Shown: piece by piece, positions 51,243 to 60,736 of the stretch
How the letters are laid out: each line of letters begins with the position of its first letter
How positions within the stretch are numbered: the stretch's first letter is position 1
Source of the DNA: Actinomycetota bacterium
GTDB taxonomy: Bacteria > Actinomycetota > Actinomycetes > JAKEEW01
Assembly (NCBI GenBank): GCA_046725875.1
Contig: JBKOZJ010000052.1
Span: forward strand, 1 to 60,736
Length of the DNA: 60,736 nt
Reading direction: 5' to 3'
Made by a program: the position numbers and the translations under genes
The notes under the pieces: model-generated
What the model saw: the letters and a program-made list of their open reading frames with translations, nothing else
Databases searched by the model: none
What the model was told of the DNA's origin: nothing

Positions 51243-52190
51243 TCACGCCGCCGTCCGTTCCGCCGCCCGCAGGCGTGCCGAGGCAGCCCGCGGGTTGGCG
51301 GCGACCTCGTCCGCCCCAGGCAGCTCGGCGCCGCGGGTCAACAGGCGCAACCGCGCCTGGTAACGCTCCGGAACAACGGGCAAGTCAGGCGGAACCGCAG
51401 TGCTTGCGGCCGCCGCGAAGACGCGCTTGACCAGGCGATCCTCGAGCGAGTGGTAGGACAGCACGACGATCCGCCCACTCGCCGCGAGCGCCTCGATCGC
51501 CGCGGGCAGCGCGCGGTCGAGCGCTGTTAGCTCCCCGTTCACCTCGATACGCAATGCCTGAAAAGTGCGCTTCGCTGGGTTGCCCCCTGCTCGCCGGGTC
51601 GCCGCCGGCACCGCCGCCCGCACCAGGTCCACCAGCCGACCGCTGCTTGTGAACGGCTCGTTGCGGCGCTCCCGTACGACCCGGTCGGCGATCCGCCGGG
51701 CGAAGCGCTCCTCGCCATAGTCGCGAAGGATCCGGGCCAGGTCCTCGGCCGGATAAGTGTTGAGCACATCGGCCGCGGTCAACCCGCTGCTCTGGTCCAT
51801 CCGCATATCGAGAGGCGTTTCACGCGCATAGGAGAACCCGCGCTGGGTCACGTCTAGTTGCATCGACGAAACCCCGAGGTCGAACAGCACCCCCTGGACT
51901 CGCTCCAGGCCGAGTCGGGACATCACCTGCGGCAGCTCGTCGTATATGGCGTGGACCAGCGTGAGTCGGTCGGCGTACGGGATTAGGCGCTCGTGCGAGC
52001 GCACGAGCGCCTGCCGGTCCCGGTCGAGGCCCACCACCCGCAAACCGGGGAAGGTCTCGAGCATTGCCTCGGCATGCCCGCCCAAGCCGACCGTCGCGTC
52101 GACCGCGACCGCACCGACCTGCTCCACGGCTGGAGCGAGCAGCGCGAGCACACGGTCGCGCAGGACCGGGACGTGTGCGTCGTCGGCCAT
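51243..52190 (-). CDS. rsmH: 16S rRNA m4C1402 methyltransferase
   Basis: [40 protein letters not shown]. Confidence 0.98.
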   Translation of the reverse strand: MADDAHVPVLRDRVLALLAPAVEQVGAVAVDATVGLGGHAEAMLETFPGLRVVGLDRDRQALVRSHERLIPYADRLTLVHAIYDELPQVMSRLGLERVQGVLFDLGVSSMQLDVTQRGFSYARETPLDMRMDQSSGLTAADVLNTYPAEDLARILRDYGEERFARRIADRVVRERRNEPFTSSGRLVDLVRAAVPAATRRAGGNPAKRTFQALRIEVNGELTALDRALPAAIEALAASGRIVVLSYHSLEDRLVKRVFAAAASTAVPPDLPVVPERYQARLRLLTRGAELPGADEVAANPRAASARLRAAERTAA

Positions 52191-52392
52191 TCGGCGTGCC
52201 CCCTCGACTCCATACCTTGGCTGGTGCGGGCCCGCTCCGCACCGCCCGAACTCTTTGGCTCGCCCGCTGGCGATACCACTTGCTGCGGACCCCTAGGACC
52301 TCGCCCGCTCGCACCGCACGACGCGTCGATCGCCTGGCTTCAAACTCGCGGGACTCCTATGGCCGATCGTGCTTCCCGGCCCGGGACAACCC

Positions 52393-52449
52393 CTGGACCC
52401 CCCGCAATCTGGCGCCGGGGAAGGTGCGCCAGAGTGCGGGTCGGTCCAG
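52393..52449 (-). ncRNA. mraW RNA motif
   Basis: Long hairpin with CUUCCCC loop (CTGGCGC-ACCTTCCCCG-GCGCCAG on minus) between mraZ and rsmH/mraW. Confidence 0.8.
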
Positions 52450-52543
52450 TGCTCTGCGTGTGCTCTCCGAGTCGGATCGCTCCAGGCCTCGGCTCGTGCG
52501 CTAAACGCTGAGCAGGTGCGAGCGTGAAGACTTCGTGGGTACC

Positions 52544-52975
52544 TCAAAGGACGCCAGGCAGCACCTCCTCGGCGAGCTCGGCGAAGGCGGGCTCCTGCTC
52601 GGTCAGGTAGCGATCCCAGGCTGCCGAGTCCCAGATCTCGACCCTGGTGTTGGTCCCGATGACCACGCAGTCCTTGGTCAGACCCGCGTACTCCCGCAGC
52701 TGTGGCGGGATGGTCACCCGGCCCTGCTTGTCCGGCACCTCGTCGGACGCGCCGGCGAAGAGCACTCGCATGTAGTCGCGAGCCGCCTTGCTAGTGACGG
52801 GGGCGGCACGCAGCTGATCGGTGATCCGGGCGAACTCCCCGGCCGGCCACACGTAGAGACAGCGCTCCTGGCCCTTGGTGATCACTAGGCCCCCCGCGAG
52901 CTCGTCCCGGAACTTTGCCGGCATGAACAGCCGGCCTTTGTCGTCGAGGCGCGGCTGGTGGGTGCCGAGGAACAT
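52544..52975 (-). CDS. mraZ: Transcriptional regulator MraZ
   Basis: [23 protein letters not shown]. Confidence 0.98.
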   Translation of the reverse strand: MFLGTHQPRLDDKGRLFMPAKFRDELAGGLVITKGQERCLYVWPAGEFARITDQLRAAPVTSKAARDYMRVLFAGASDEVPDKQGRVTIPPQLREYAGLTKDCVVIGTNTRVEIWDSAAWDRYLTEQEPAFAELAEEVLPGVL

Positions 52976-53015
52976 CCGGCACCACCTCCGTCAGCCCCGA
53001 ACCCGGCCCGCCGCT

Positions 53016-53055
53016 CCACTATCCGCCACTGTACCCCACAATGCACCACGGTCAA
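53016..53055 (-). promoter_or_regulatory. dcw promoter with four MraZ-type GTGG boxes at 10-nt periodicity
   Basis: CCAC at 53016, 53026, 53036 and 53046 (plus); minus strand TTGACC-N16-TACAGT. Confidence 0.85.
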
Positions 53056-53326
53056 CCGCGAGACTGGTTGCGTCCTCCACTGCGGCCGCGCCGGCGCAGC
53101 GATCAAAACATGGAGTGGTGCCAAAGAAATGGCAAAGACCAGCCTCGGCGGCTTGGCTCCAGCCAGGACAACTAGGTATGAAGGGTGAGACCGCGGCAAC
53201 CTTCGCCGCAGTGCTGAAAGGATTGCCACCCGGTCGCCTGACCGGCAAGGTGTCAGCTGAGACCCGGGTCCGGTGCGGCCTCTGCCGGAGGCCGGTTCTT
53301 GCGCATGGGACGGCCAAGGAGGGCCG

Positions 53327-54310
53327 GTGACAACAGCACAAACGGGCCGCATGAGCCTGCAGGATGTCGCACTTGCGGCGACCCGGATCAGGGCCGCCGT
53401 CGAGCAGGTGATCGAAGGAAAGCCCGAGGCGGTGCGGCTGGCGCTCACCGTGCTCCTCGCGGAGGGCCACCTGCTGATCGAGGACGTGCCCGGTGTCGGC
53501 AAGACGATGCTCGCAAAGACCCTCGCCCGGTCGATCGACTGTACTGTCCGCCGCATCCAGTTCACTCCCGACCTGCTGCCGAGCGACATCACGGGGGTGA
53601 GCGTCTTCGATCAGCAGCGGCGCGACTTCGAGTTCAAGCCGGGCGCGATATTCGCGAACATCGTGGTCGGCGACGAGATCAACCGTGCCTCGCCGAAGAC
53701 TCAGTCGGCGTTGCTCGAGTCGATGGAGGAGCGGCAGGTAACGGTGGACGGGACGACCTACCAGCTCGAGCGCCCGTTCATGGTCATCGCGACGCAGAAC
53801 CCGATCGAGATGGAGGGGACCTACCCGCTGCCCGAGGCGCAGCGGGACCGGTTTCTGGCCCGGGTATCCATGGGCTACCCGAGTCCAGACGCCGAGCTCG
53901 AGATGCTCGACAGCCACGGGTCGACCAGCCCGCTCGACGACCTGGAGCCGGTCTCGGATGCGCTCCAGGTCGCGAAGCTGATCGAGGTGGTGCGGACTGT
54001 CCACGTCGCCGAGGAGGTCAAGCGCTACGCGATCGACATCGTGACCGCGACCAGGCAGGCACCAGAGCTCCGGCTCGGTGCCTCCCCCCGGGCGACCCTG
54101 CATCTCCTGCGGTCGGCCCGCGCCTCGGCGGCCCTGGACGACCGCGAGTTCGTGCTGCCAGACGACATCCAGGACCTCGCAGTACCCGTGCTCGCGCACC
54201 GGATGCTGCCGACCGCCGAGTCCCAGATCGCGCGGCGGACGACCGAGCAGGTCGTTGCGGACATCGTCACCCGGGTTCCGCTGCCGCGAGCCGAGCGGAG
54301 CCGGCGGTGA
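53327..54310 (+). CDS. MoxR family AAA+ ATPase
   Basis: EDVPGVGKT, RIQFTPDLLPSD, DEINRA, ATQNPIE, LPEAQRDRF; AAGGAG RBS. Confidence 0.96.
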   Translation: MTTAQTGRMSLQDVALAATRIRAAVEQVIEGKPEAVRLALTVLLAEGHLLIEDVPGVGKTMLAKTLARSIDCTVRRIQFTPDLLPSDITGVSVFDQQRRDFEFKPGAIFANIVVGDEINRASPKTQSALLESMEERQVTVDGTTYQLERPFMVIATQNPIEMEGTYPLPEAQRDRFLARVSMGYPSPDAELEMLDSHGSTSPLDDLEPVSDALQVAKLIEVVRTVHVAEEVKRYAIDIVTATRQAPELRLGASPRATLHLLRSARASAALDDREFVLPDDIQDLAVPVLAHRMLPTAESQIARRTTEQVVADIVTRVPLPRAERSRR

Positions 54311-54366
54311 CCTTGGCACCCCACGCCCTGCGATTGATCGCCGTTAGTGTCGGAAGGGATTGATCC

Positions 54367-55695
54367 GTGCGGGAGGCGCTTGCCGGTCTGACCACCCGTG
54401 GCCGGGCATTCGCGGCTGCCGGGGCCACTGCGGCGCTCTGTGCGCTCGCCCTGGGTCAGCGGGATCTGCTCCGGGTAGCGGTCCTGCTCGGCCTGCTGCC
54501 GCTGGCCAGCGCGCTCGTCGTCGCCCGTACGCGCTACCGCGTCGCCTGTACGAGACTTCTGCAGCCGATGCGGGTGCAAGCAGGCGAGCAGGCACGGATC
54601 TTGCTGACCCTGACCAACGTCTCACGACTGCCAACCGGACTGCTGCTCGTCGAGGACAAGATCCCGTACGTACTCGGGAACAGACCGCGCTTCGTGCTGG
54701 ACCGGGTGGAACCGCGCGGCCGGCGGCAGGTCGCTTACCGGGTGAGGTCGGACATGCGCGGCCGCTACATTCTGGGACCGCTCACGATCAGGCTCACGGA
54801 CCCGTTCGGCATGTGCGAGCTGACCCGCTCCTTCACCCACCGTGACACTCTCCTTGTCACCCCGGTCATCCACCCGCTGGCCTCCATACAGCTCGGCGGC
54901 GAATGGGCCGGTGGTGGCGACAGCCGGTCGCGGTCGGCGGCCGCGTCCGGAGAGGACGACGTCGCTCCCCGGGAGTACCGCGGCGGCGACGACCGGCGGC
55001 GGATCCACTGGCGGTCCACTGCCCGCTACGGCAATCTGATGGTCCGCCGCGAAGAGCAACCGTGGCAGAGCCGGGCGACGATCCTGCTCGACACCCGCGC
55101 GAGCGCACACCGCGGCGAGGGGCCGGGCTCGTCCTTCGAGTGGTCCGTGTCGGCTGCGGCTTCCATCGGCGTACACCTCATCCGCCAGGGATACCTGGTC
55201 CACTTCGTCACCGACGCGGACCCCGGTGTGGACACGGCAGAGCACCGCGCCGCCATCGACGGCGACTTCGAGAGCTTGATGCTGGATGCGCTCGCGATCG
55301 TGACGCCGTCGGCCAATCGCCGCCTGGATCGGGTGGGTGCGGCGCTGCGGCAGGGCGGAGCGGACGGCTTGCTGATCACAGTGCTCGGCGGGATGGACGC
55401 CGGGCAGGCCGAGGTGCTCTCCAAGCTGCGGCGCGGCCCGACGGTTGCCATCGCGGTCCTGGTCGACTCGATGTCATGGCTTCACCTAACCGATGACCTG
55501 CGGGCCGAAGCCCAGCGGGGTTACGACTCGGTCGCCACCTTGCTGAGGGAAAACGGCTGGCGGGTTATCCCCGCCCGAGCGGGCGACGAGCTGACGACGC
55601 TTTGGCCGCAGGCCACCCGCGGCGGCCAAGAACTCGACGTCCCACTGGACCGCATTCGAACCCTCACCGAGGCGATGGCGAGGCCGGCACGATGA
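54367..55695 (+). CDS. DUF58 domain protein
   Basis: RGRY.LGP...DPFG, REYR.GDD.RRIHWRSTAR...LMVR. Confidence 0.93.
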   Translation: MREALAGLTTRGRAFAAAGATAALCALALGQRDLLRVAVLLGLLPLASALVVARTRYRVACTRLLQPMRVQAGEQARILLTLTNVSRLPTGLLLVEDKIPYVLGNRPRFVLDRVEPRGRRQVAYRVRSDMRGRYILGPLTIRLTDPFGMCELTRSFTHRDTLLVTPVIHPLASIQLGGEWAGGGDSRSRSAAASGEDDVAPREYRGGDDRRRIHWRSTARYGNLMVRREEQPWQSRATILLDTRASAHRGEGPGSSFEWSVSAAASIGVHLIRQGYLVHFVTDADPGVDTAEHRAAIDGDFESLMLDALAIVTPSANRRLDRVGAALRQGGADGLLITVLGGMDAGQAEVLSKLRRGPTVAIAVLVDSMSWLHLTDDLRAEAQRGYDSVATLLRENGWRVIPARAGDELTTLWPQATRGGQELDVPLDRIRTLTEAMARPAR

Positions 55696-58169
55696 GCGGG
55701 CAGATCAGGGTCACCTTCTTCGCGGGGCTCGCGACCATGCTCGCCGCGCTCGCGTTCACGCCGGTCTTCGACGTGCAGACGTGGTTCTGGCCAATGCTCG
55801 TGGCACTGCTACTCATCGGATGCGCCGGGGCACTGCTGCGCCGCCGCTCCGCCCCGGCCGCGGTCGTCATCGGCGTCCAGGTCATTGTGGTGGCCGCCTG
55901 GATCACCTGGCTGTATGCGCCGAACGCGGCACTCGGCCTGCTCCCCGGGCCCGGGGCCATCCGCGACTTCGCCGACCTCGCATCGGCCGGCGCGACCGAT
56001 GCCGGCGACTACGGCACCCCGGTACCGGCGACGAAGGGTCTGGAGTTCCTTACTGTCGTCGGAACGGCCGGTGTGGGCTTGATCGTCGACGCGCTCGCGG
56101 TGACTTTCCGGCGGGCCGCCCTGGCCGGCCTTCCGCTGCTCGCTCTCTACACAGTGCCGGTCTCCGTGGTGGACGGCGGCTTGAACTGGTTTCTCTTCGT
56201 ATTGGCCGCCGGCGGCTACGTCGCGCTGCTCATCGCCGAGGGCCGGGACCGGCTCAGCCGGTGGGGCCGCCCGCTGATCGCCACTTCGTCCAACCCCAGC
56301 CGGGCCGGCCGGGGGACGATCGCCGAGGTGGAGACGGCTCCGCTTGGGCAGGTCGGCCGGCGGATCGGCGCCGCGGTGATCGGACTTGCCATCGTCGTGC
56401 CGGCGCTCTTCCCACTCGCCGACGACGCACTCACCAGCGGATCCGGCGGGCTGTTCGGCGACGACGGGCAAGGTGGCGACCGAACCCTGACTTTGACCAA
56501 CCCGCTGGCCAGCCTCCGGCGGGAGTTCTTCCGTGCGGAGAACGTGCAAATCATGACCGTCCGGACCGAGGGGGCGGCAAATCCGGAGAACCTCTACCTT
56601 CGCATGGCCACGCTGGACGCCTTCGACGGCACCGACTGGCGACACTCGCCCGCAGACCTGACCAGGCTTGACGAGCTGCCCCAACCTGCGGCGCTAGGGC
56701 TCAGCGATCAGATTGCGCGAAACGATGTCCGCACCGAGATCCAGACGACGAAGAACATCGAGTCGTCGTTCCTCCCTGTGCCCTATCCGCTGACCGGCAT
56801 CGAGAACCTCGACGGCTCGTGGCGGGCCGACGTCAACACGCAGAACATCCTGGGTCGCAACACCCGCGAGGTCCAGGACCAGGACTACACGACGACGAGC
56901 CTAGATGTCCGCCCCACGCCAGACCAGCTCGCCGACGCGGCCGCATCACCGGGTGAGGCCTACTCCGGATACCTAGTCACGCCGCAGAACCTTCCGCGCA
57001 TCGTTCGAAGCCAGGCGCTCCAGGTGACGGAGGGCGCGGTCACGCCGTACGACAGGGCCCTGCGGCTGCAGGACTGGCTGCGCAATTCGGGCGGCTTCGT
57101 CTACGACACGTCCACCCGCCGGGAAGGCACCGGCTCGACCGCCATCGAGCAATTCCTCTCCGACAAGCACGGCTATTGCGAGCAGTTCGCTTCCACCATG
57201 GCCATCATGGCGCGGACCCTCGGTATCCCGGCGCGGGTGAATGTCGGCTTCACTATGGGCCAGCGCCAGTCCGACGGCAGCTTCCAGGTCAGCTCGCACG
57301 ACGCGCACGCCTGGCCCGAGCTCTACTTCAGCACCATCGGCTGGGTCAGGTTCGAGCCGACGCCGATCGGTACCGGCGGTGAGGATCCGGGCCGCGGCAG
57401 CGTCCCCGACTACGCGACCGCACCCAACCAAGACAGCGCGACGGGGCAGGTCGACAATGGAAACTCGTCGGACGGCTCGGCGACCGGGCCAACCCCCGGT
57501 GGCGGCGCCGGCGGCTCGACGCCATCCCCGACGCCGTCCAACTGCGCCGGTCTGCCGGTGCAGTTGCTTCGCGAGTGCGTGAACGATCCTCGGGGGTTCG
57601 CCCAGTCGGAGCCGTCCGGCCGGTCGGTACCGCTCTGGTTGCTCATCGGTGGGCCGATCGTCGTCGCGCTGCTGGTGACGCCCGCGCTGGCGCGCGTAGC
57701 GATCCGCCGGCGCCGCTACCGCCGAGCCGGGACCGACCCGGTCGCCCGCGCCAACGCGGCGTGGGCGGAGCTGCGCGATACCGCCGTCGACCTGGGCTAC
57801 TCCTGGTCGCCGAGCGAGACACCGCGGCAGGCGGCGGTACGGCTCGCCCGAAAGGCGAAGCTGCGGCAGCGGGACGCCGACGCGCTGAACCGGCTCACCA
57901 CCGCAGTGGAGCGTGCCCGCTACGCACCGGTCGCCGGCGATACCTCGTCGGTCGCCGGCGACGTAACCCAGGTCCGCTCCGGCTTGGCCCGGCGAGTCGG
58001 CCGGCCACAGCGGATCCGCTCGATGCTTCTTCCGGCTTCCACCGTCGTGATCCTGCATTGGTTCGGCGAACGGATCGCCGACGGCCTCGACGCGATCGAC
58101 CGGGCCGGCGTGGTAATCAAGCGCCGGGTGCTCGCCGTTGTCCGCCGCCGGCGGACTGCGGAGAGCTAG
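55692..58169 (+). CDS. Membrane transglutaminase-like protein (DUF3488/TgpA type)
   Basis: Multi-TM N-terminus, GYCEQFA, GIPARV.VGF, HAWPE, GWVRFEPT; ATGA overlap. Confidence 0.92.
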   Translation: MSGQIRVTFFAGLATMLAALAFTPVFDVQTWFWPMLVALLLIGCAGALLRRRSAPAAVVIGVQVIVVAAWITWLYAPNAALGLLPGPGAIRDFADLASAGATDAGDYGTPVPATKGLEFLTVVGTAGVGLIVDALAVTFRRAALAGLPLLALYTVPVSVVDGGLNWFLFVLAAGGYVALLIAEGRDRLSRWGRPLIATSSNPSRAGRGTIAEVETAPLGQVGRRIGAAVIGLAIVVPALFPLADDALTSGSGGLFGDDGQGGDRTLTLTNPLASLRREFFRAENVQIMTVRTEGAANPENLYLRMATLDAFDGTDWRHSPADLTRLDELPQPAALGLSDQIARNDVRTEIQTTKNIESSFLPVPYPLTGIENLDGSWRADVNTQNILGRNTREVQDQDYTTTSLDVRPTPDQLADAAASPGEAYSGYLVTPQNLPRIVRSQALQVTEGAVTPYDRALRLQDWLRNSGGFVYDTSTRREGTGSTAIEQFLSDKHGYCEQFASTMAIMARTLGIPARVNVGFTMGQRQSDGSFQVSSHDAHAWPELYFSTIGWVRFEPTPIGTGGEDPGRGSVPDYATAPNQDSATGQVDNGNSSDGSATGPTPGGGAGGSTPSPTPSNCAGLPVQLLRECVNDPRGFAQSEPSGRSVPLWLLIGGPIVVALLVTPALARVAIRRRRYRRAGTDPVARANAAWAELRDTAVDLGYSWSPSETPRQAAVRLARKAKLRQRDADALNRLTTAVERARYAPVAGDTSSVAGDVTQVRSGLARRVGRPQRIRSMLLPASTVVILHWFGERIADGLDAIDRAGVVIKRRVLAVVRRRRTAES

Positions 58170-58233
58170 CCGCCCCGACGAACGACCCGGAGGCGGTGGC
58201 TCGACTCGCCGCGTATCTATGCCAGTGGCACCG

Positions 58234-58650
58234 TCAGAAGCCGCCGCGTTCCTCGCGGCGGCGGCGCCAGCGCTCCTCGATCCGCTCCATGAAGCCACCC
58301 CGGCTTGCCTTGGGCTTCCGCCTGGCGGCGAGCGGGGTCGCTCCACCCGTGCTTTCAGCGGCCGCTGGGCCGGCCGGCTTCGACATCCGCTGCCAGCTCA
58401 GGACCGCAAACCAGATGGACGCGAGCACCACGACGAAGCCGGCCACGCCGAGCAGGATGATCTGCTGAACGAGGCCGGTAAAGAGGACGATGACGCCGGC
58501 GACAAACCCCGCGACAGCGAGGAGAATCCGGCGTCGATGGTGGCGACGGGCGTCAGCGCCGCGCATGCTCGAGGCGAACTTCGGATCCTCGGCGTACAGC
58601 GCGCGCTCCATTTGCTCGAGCAGGCGCTGCTCGTGCTCAGAGAGCGGCAC
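58234..58650 (-). CDS. DUF3040 domain membrane protein
   Basis: MPLSEHEQRLLEQMERALYAEDPKF, 2 TM helices, FMERIEERW. Confidence 0.93.
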   Translation of the reverse strand: MPLSEHEQRLLEQMERALYAEDPKFASSMRGADARRHHRRRILLAVAGFVAGVIVLFTGLVQQIILLGVAGFVVVLASIWFAVLSWQRMSKPAGPAAAESTGGATPLAARRKPKASRGGFMERIEERWRRRREERGGF

Positions 58651-58767
58651 GGATTCCTCCTCGGTCGTGGCCGCGCAGGCGACCGGACTTGCCTTCCCAT
58701 GGTAGGCAGGCGAATGCGTCCAGGAAACCCGAGGTGGCGACCGGCGTGCCGAAATGTGGATCGTCGT

Positions 58768-59520
58768 TCATCGGCGGGTGGCCAGAACGTGAAGCTGCGC
58801 GGCGACGTCGCGCAGTGCCGGATGAGTGGACGCCTCGATCTCGAGCCGACGCAGCTCCTCCGGCGCGCCCGGCTCCGCAGCTACGAGCGCCGCCGGTACA
58901 AGATCGGCGAAGACCCGCACACCGTGAACCTCGGTAACAGACAGCCCGGTGGATGTTAGGAGACGGCTCACCGCATCAAACGTGAAGCGACGAGGCAATG
59001 GATCAAGGCTGCCGAACCTGCCGTCTTCGTGTTCGAGCACGTGCCTCGCCTCGGCGAACCGTCCCGCGAGCGCGCGGGCGAGCACCGCGGCGTTCTTGTT
59101 GGCAACCAGCACGCTCACGACACCGCCAGGTCGCAGGCACTTGGCGAGCGCGGCCACGGCCCCGGCCGGGTCATCGACAACCTCGAGGACACCATGGCAG
59201 AGCACGATGTCGGCTCGCTCTGCGCCGATGAGCCCAGGTAGCGCCGCCACGTCGCCCTGAAGCCCGGCGACCCGCCCGCTCATCCCCGCCTCGGCGGAGC
59301 GCCGCTCCAGCGCGGCGAGGGCGTCTGGGCTTGGATCGACGACTGTTACGGCGTGGCCGAGCTCTGCGAGCGGCACGGCGAAGCCGCCGGTTCCGCCGCC
59401 AGCGTCCACGATCTCCAGCACGGATCGGCCCGACTGGGCTGCGCGCTCCGCCAGCACGCTAGTCAGGGCGACCCAGATGACCGCGTTCCGCGCCGTCCCG
59501 CCAGCATCGCCGCGAGCCAT
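58768..59520 (-). CDS. Class I SAM-dependent methyltransferase
   Basis: VDAGGGTGG, VVDPS, LCHGVLE, HGVRVFADLVP; TAGTCT-N6-ATG. Confidence 0.92.
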   Translation of the reverse strand: MARGDAGGTARNAVIWVALTSVLAERAAQSGRSVLEIVDAGGGTGGFAVPLAELGHAVTVVDPSPDALAALERRSAEAGMSGRVAGLQGDVAALPGLIGAERADIVLCHGVLEVVDDPAGAVAALAKCLRPGGVVSVLVANKNAAVLARALAGRFAEARHVLEHEDGRFGSLDPLPRRFTFDAVSRLLTSTGLSVTEVHGVRVFADLVPAALVAAEPGAPEELRRLEIEASTHPALRDVAAQLHVLATRR

Positions 59521-59538
59521 TCGCGAAGACTATCGGCC

Positions 59539-60033
59539 CTACCGCCCGCTCGCCGCCAGAAGGCCGATCGACGACTCGCACAGCTCGACGAAGCGGCCGG
59601 CGTCGCGGAGCAGGTCATCCGCCTCCCGCCGCGAAACCGCATTCGTGATGCCGGCCTCGGCCGCCGCGCGCTTGCCCGCTCCCGCCGCGAAGAACGCGGC
59701 CCACTCGCCGAGCTCCGGCGCGACCCTGGCCAGCAGGGTCCATGCGCTGCGGGGGCGACGGGCGAGCGGACCCCCCGGCCGGCCGCGCACTCCGAGCACA
59801 GCTGCGGCCGCCCGCAATGCCGCGAGGTGGGCCATCGCGAAGCGTCGGGCAGGCGTGCTCTCCTGTTCGGCGCTGGCGAGGCACTGGTGCGACTGCTCGA
59901 GAAGCTCGAAGACATTTGCCGGGATGGGTGGGGTGGGGACCGGCGGCATGGCAGGAGCCGCCCGAGGTAGGCCGGCGTCCGCCGGCGTCGACACAGCGGG
60001 TCCGCCGCGGCTTCGTCCCCTGTGGGCGGTCAC
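59539..60033 (-). CDS. SAV_6107-like HEPN domain protein (start uncertain)
   Basis: AHLAALRAAAAVL, W.LL..VAPEL.EWA.FFA..A.KRAAAEAG, EADDL; GTG overlaps the upstream stop. Confidence 0.85.
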   Translation of the reverse strand: MTAHRGRSRGGPAVSTPADAGLPRAAPAMPPVPTPPIPANVFELLEQSHQCLASAEQESTPARRFAMAHLAALRAAAAVLGVRGRPGGPLARRPRSAWTLLARVAPELGEWAAFFAAGAGKRAAAEAGITNAVSRREADDLLRDAGRFVELCESSIGLLAASGR

Positions 60034-60317
60034 TCGTTTGGTCGGGTGAGGAACCATCGATCCGACTCCCTCCCGTGTGCTAGGTCGAACAGCTCGGGCT
60101 GGCCGCTTCGGCCGGCGACGGCGGCAACGCGCCACAGCTCGCGCTCCTCCACGTCGGCCGGGATGCCGGTCGTCGCGGTCGAGTGCCACCAACGCGACGA
60201 CTCGACCCAGTGCGACTGCACGTCGCGCACCTCATAGATGCGCCCGCGCCACATGAACTCGACCGGGCGGTCATCGACGCACCGAACGTCCACGTCCTCT
60301 CCACGCTCCCTTGCCAC
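60030..60317 (-). CDS. DUF6504 family protein
   Basis: P.EF.WRGR.Y.V..V..HW.E...WW...E.WRV.A..DL......W.L pattern; GGGGAG RBS. Confidence 0.8.
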   Translation of the reverse strand: MARERGEDVDVRCVDDRPVEFMWRGRIYEVRDVQSHWVESSRWWHSTATTGIPADVEERELWRVAAVAGRSGQPELFDLAHGRESDRWFLTRPNE

Positions 60318-60540
60318 CGTCGAACTCCCCTACGATCAGTCGTGCCGTTCCGAGCACGACCGAGTTCCTTGCAAAATGCCGGGGGAAGGCGGCGGACAGC
60401 GGAGCCGGCCCGGCTCGGGGCGCTTCCCCACGCCCGTCGCCGGGGCCGGCGCCCGACCGCAGGGCGGGAGTCGAGGGGCGGGAAACGCCCCACGGTCGGG
60501 ATCCGCCGTCGGTGATCGCTGCGGGTTTGGGACCACCTGG

Positions 60541-60556
60541 TCGAACATTTGTTCGA
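60541..60556. promoter_or_regulatory. Perfect actinobacterial LexA (SOS) box
   Basis: TCGAAC-ATTT-GTTCGA, just downstream of a minus-strand TTGACC-N18-TTTACT promoter (60594-60565). Confidence 0.88.
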
Positions 60557-60638
60557 ACGACTCCAGTAAACCCCGCTCGGCCCGCGTAGGTCAACCCCTG
60601 ACCCGCACCATGCCCGACCGGCGGATAAGGTCCAAGAC

Positions 60639-60736
60639 ATGCACCCGAACGTCGAGCGGGTGAGTCGCGCTCTCCAGGAAGTAGGCGTCGCCGGTATCCC
60701 ACGGAAACTGCCGGATCCGGCGCCGACCGCCGCCGC
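60639..60736 (+). CDS. YbaK/EbsC family protein, 5' part (truncated by the window edge)
   Basis: MHPNVERVSRALQEVGVAGIPRKLPDPAPTAA.. resembles actinobacterial YbaK/EbsC N-termini; TAAGGT-N7-ATG. Confidence 0.65.
   Translation, partial: MHPNVERVSRALQEVGVAGIPRKLPDPAPTAA

Noticed and set aside
1083..58346. Many long antisense or alternate-frame ORFs (e.g. 1083-2420, 36122-37729, 52991-54319, 56973-58346)
   Set aside because: Shadow ORFs expected from stop-codon scarcity in high-GC DNA; they overlap well-supported genes

Overview
High-GC actinobacterial chromosomal segment, mostly encoded on the minus strand; no rRNA, tRNA or CRISPR array was seen. Left to right: (1) a Tad/Flp pilus locus (two Flp pilins, one missed by the ORF track; TadE, TadG-like, CpaB, CpaE, CpaF, vWA-TadB, TadC) with an embedded GAF sensor kinase/NarL-family regulator pair. 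An identical 17-bp palindrome lies upstream of both the pilin and the assembly operon. (2) A DUF222/HNH gene with a DNA-damage-type promoter. (3) A dismantled histidine operon: hisD, hisB, hisH and probably hisF survive only as deletion scars, while hisC, priA and ridA are intact. (4) ybaK, an amidohydrolase-membrane domain fusion, a DUF3352-like gene, dnaE, an orphan Wzm/Wzt-type ABC pair, a RluA-family synthase, lspA and a DksA/TraR-like gene. (5) A T-box-controlled type-2 ileS with the GXHH motif. (6) The dcw cluster from mraZ to divIVA, with MraZ boxes, the mraW RNA motif and an in-frame palindromic tandem repeat at the start of murD. (7) MoxR-DUF58-transglutaminase, DUF3040, a methyltransferase, a LexA-box-preceded DUF6504/SAV_6107-HEPN pair and a truncated YbaK/EbsC gene. 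Family calls come from motif recognition by eye; no database search was run. Start codons were adjusted where an RBS, codon overlap or leaderless -10 suggested a better start.
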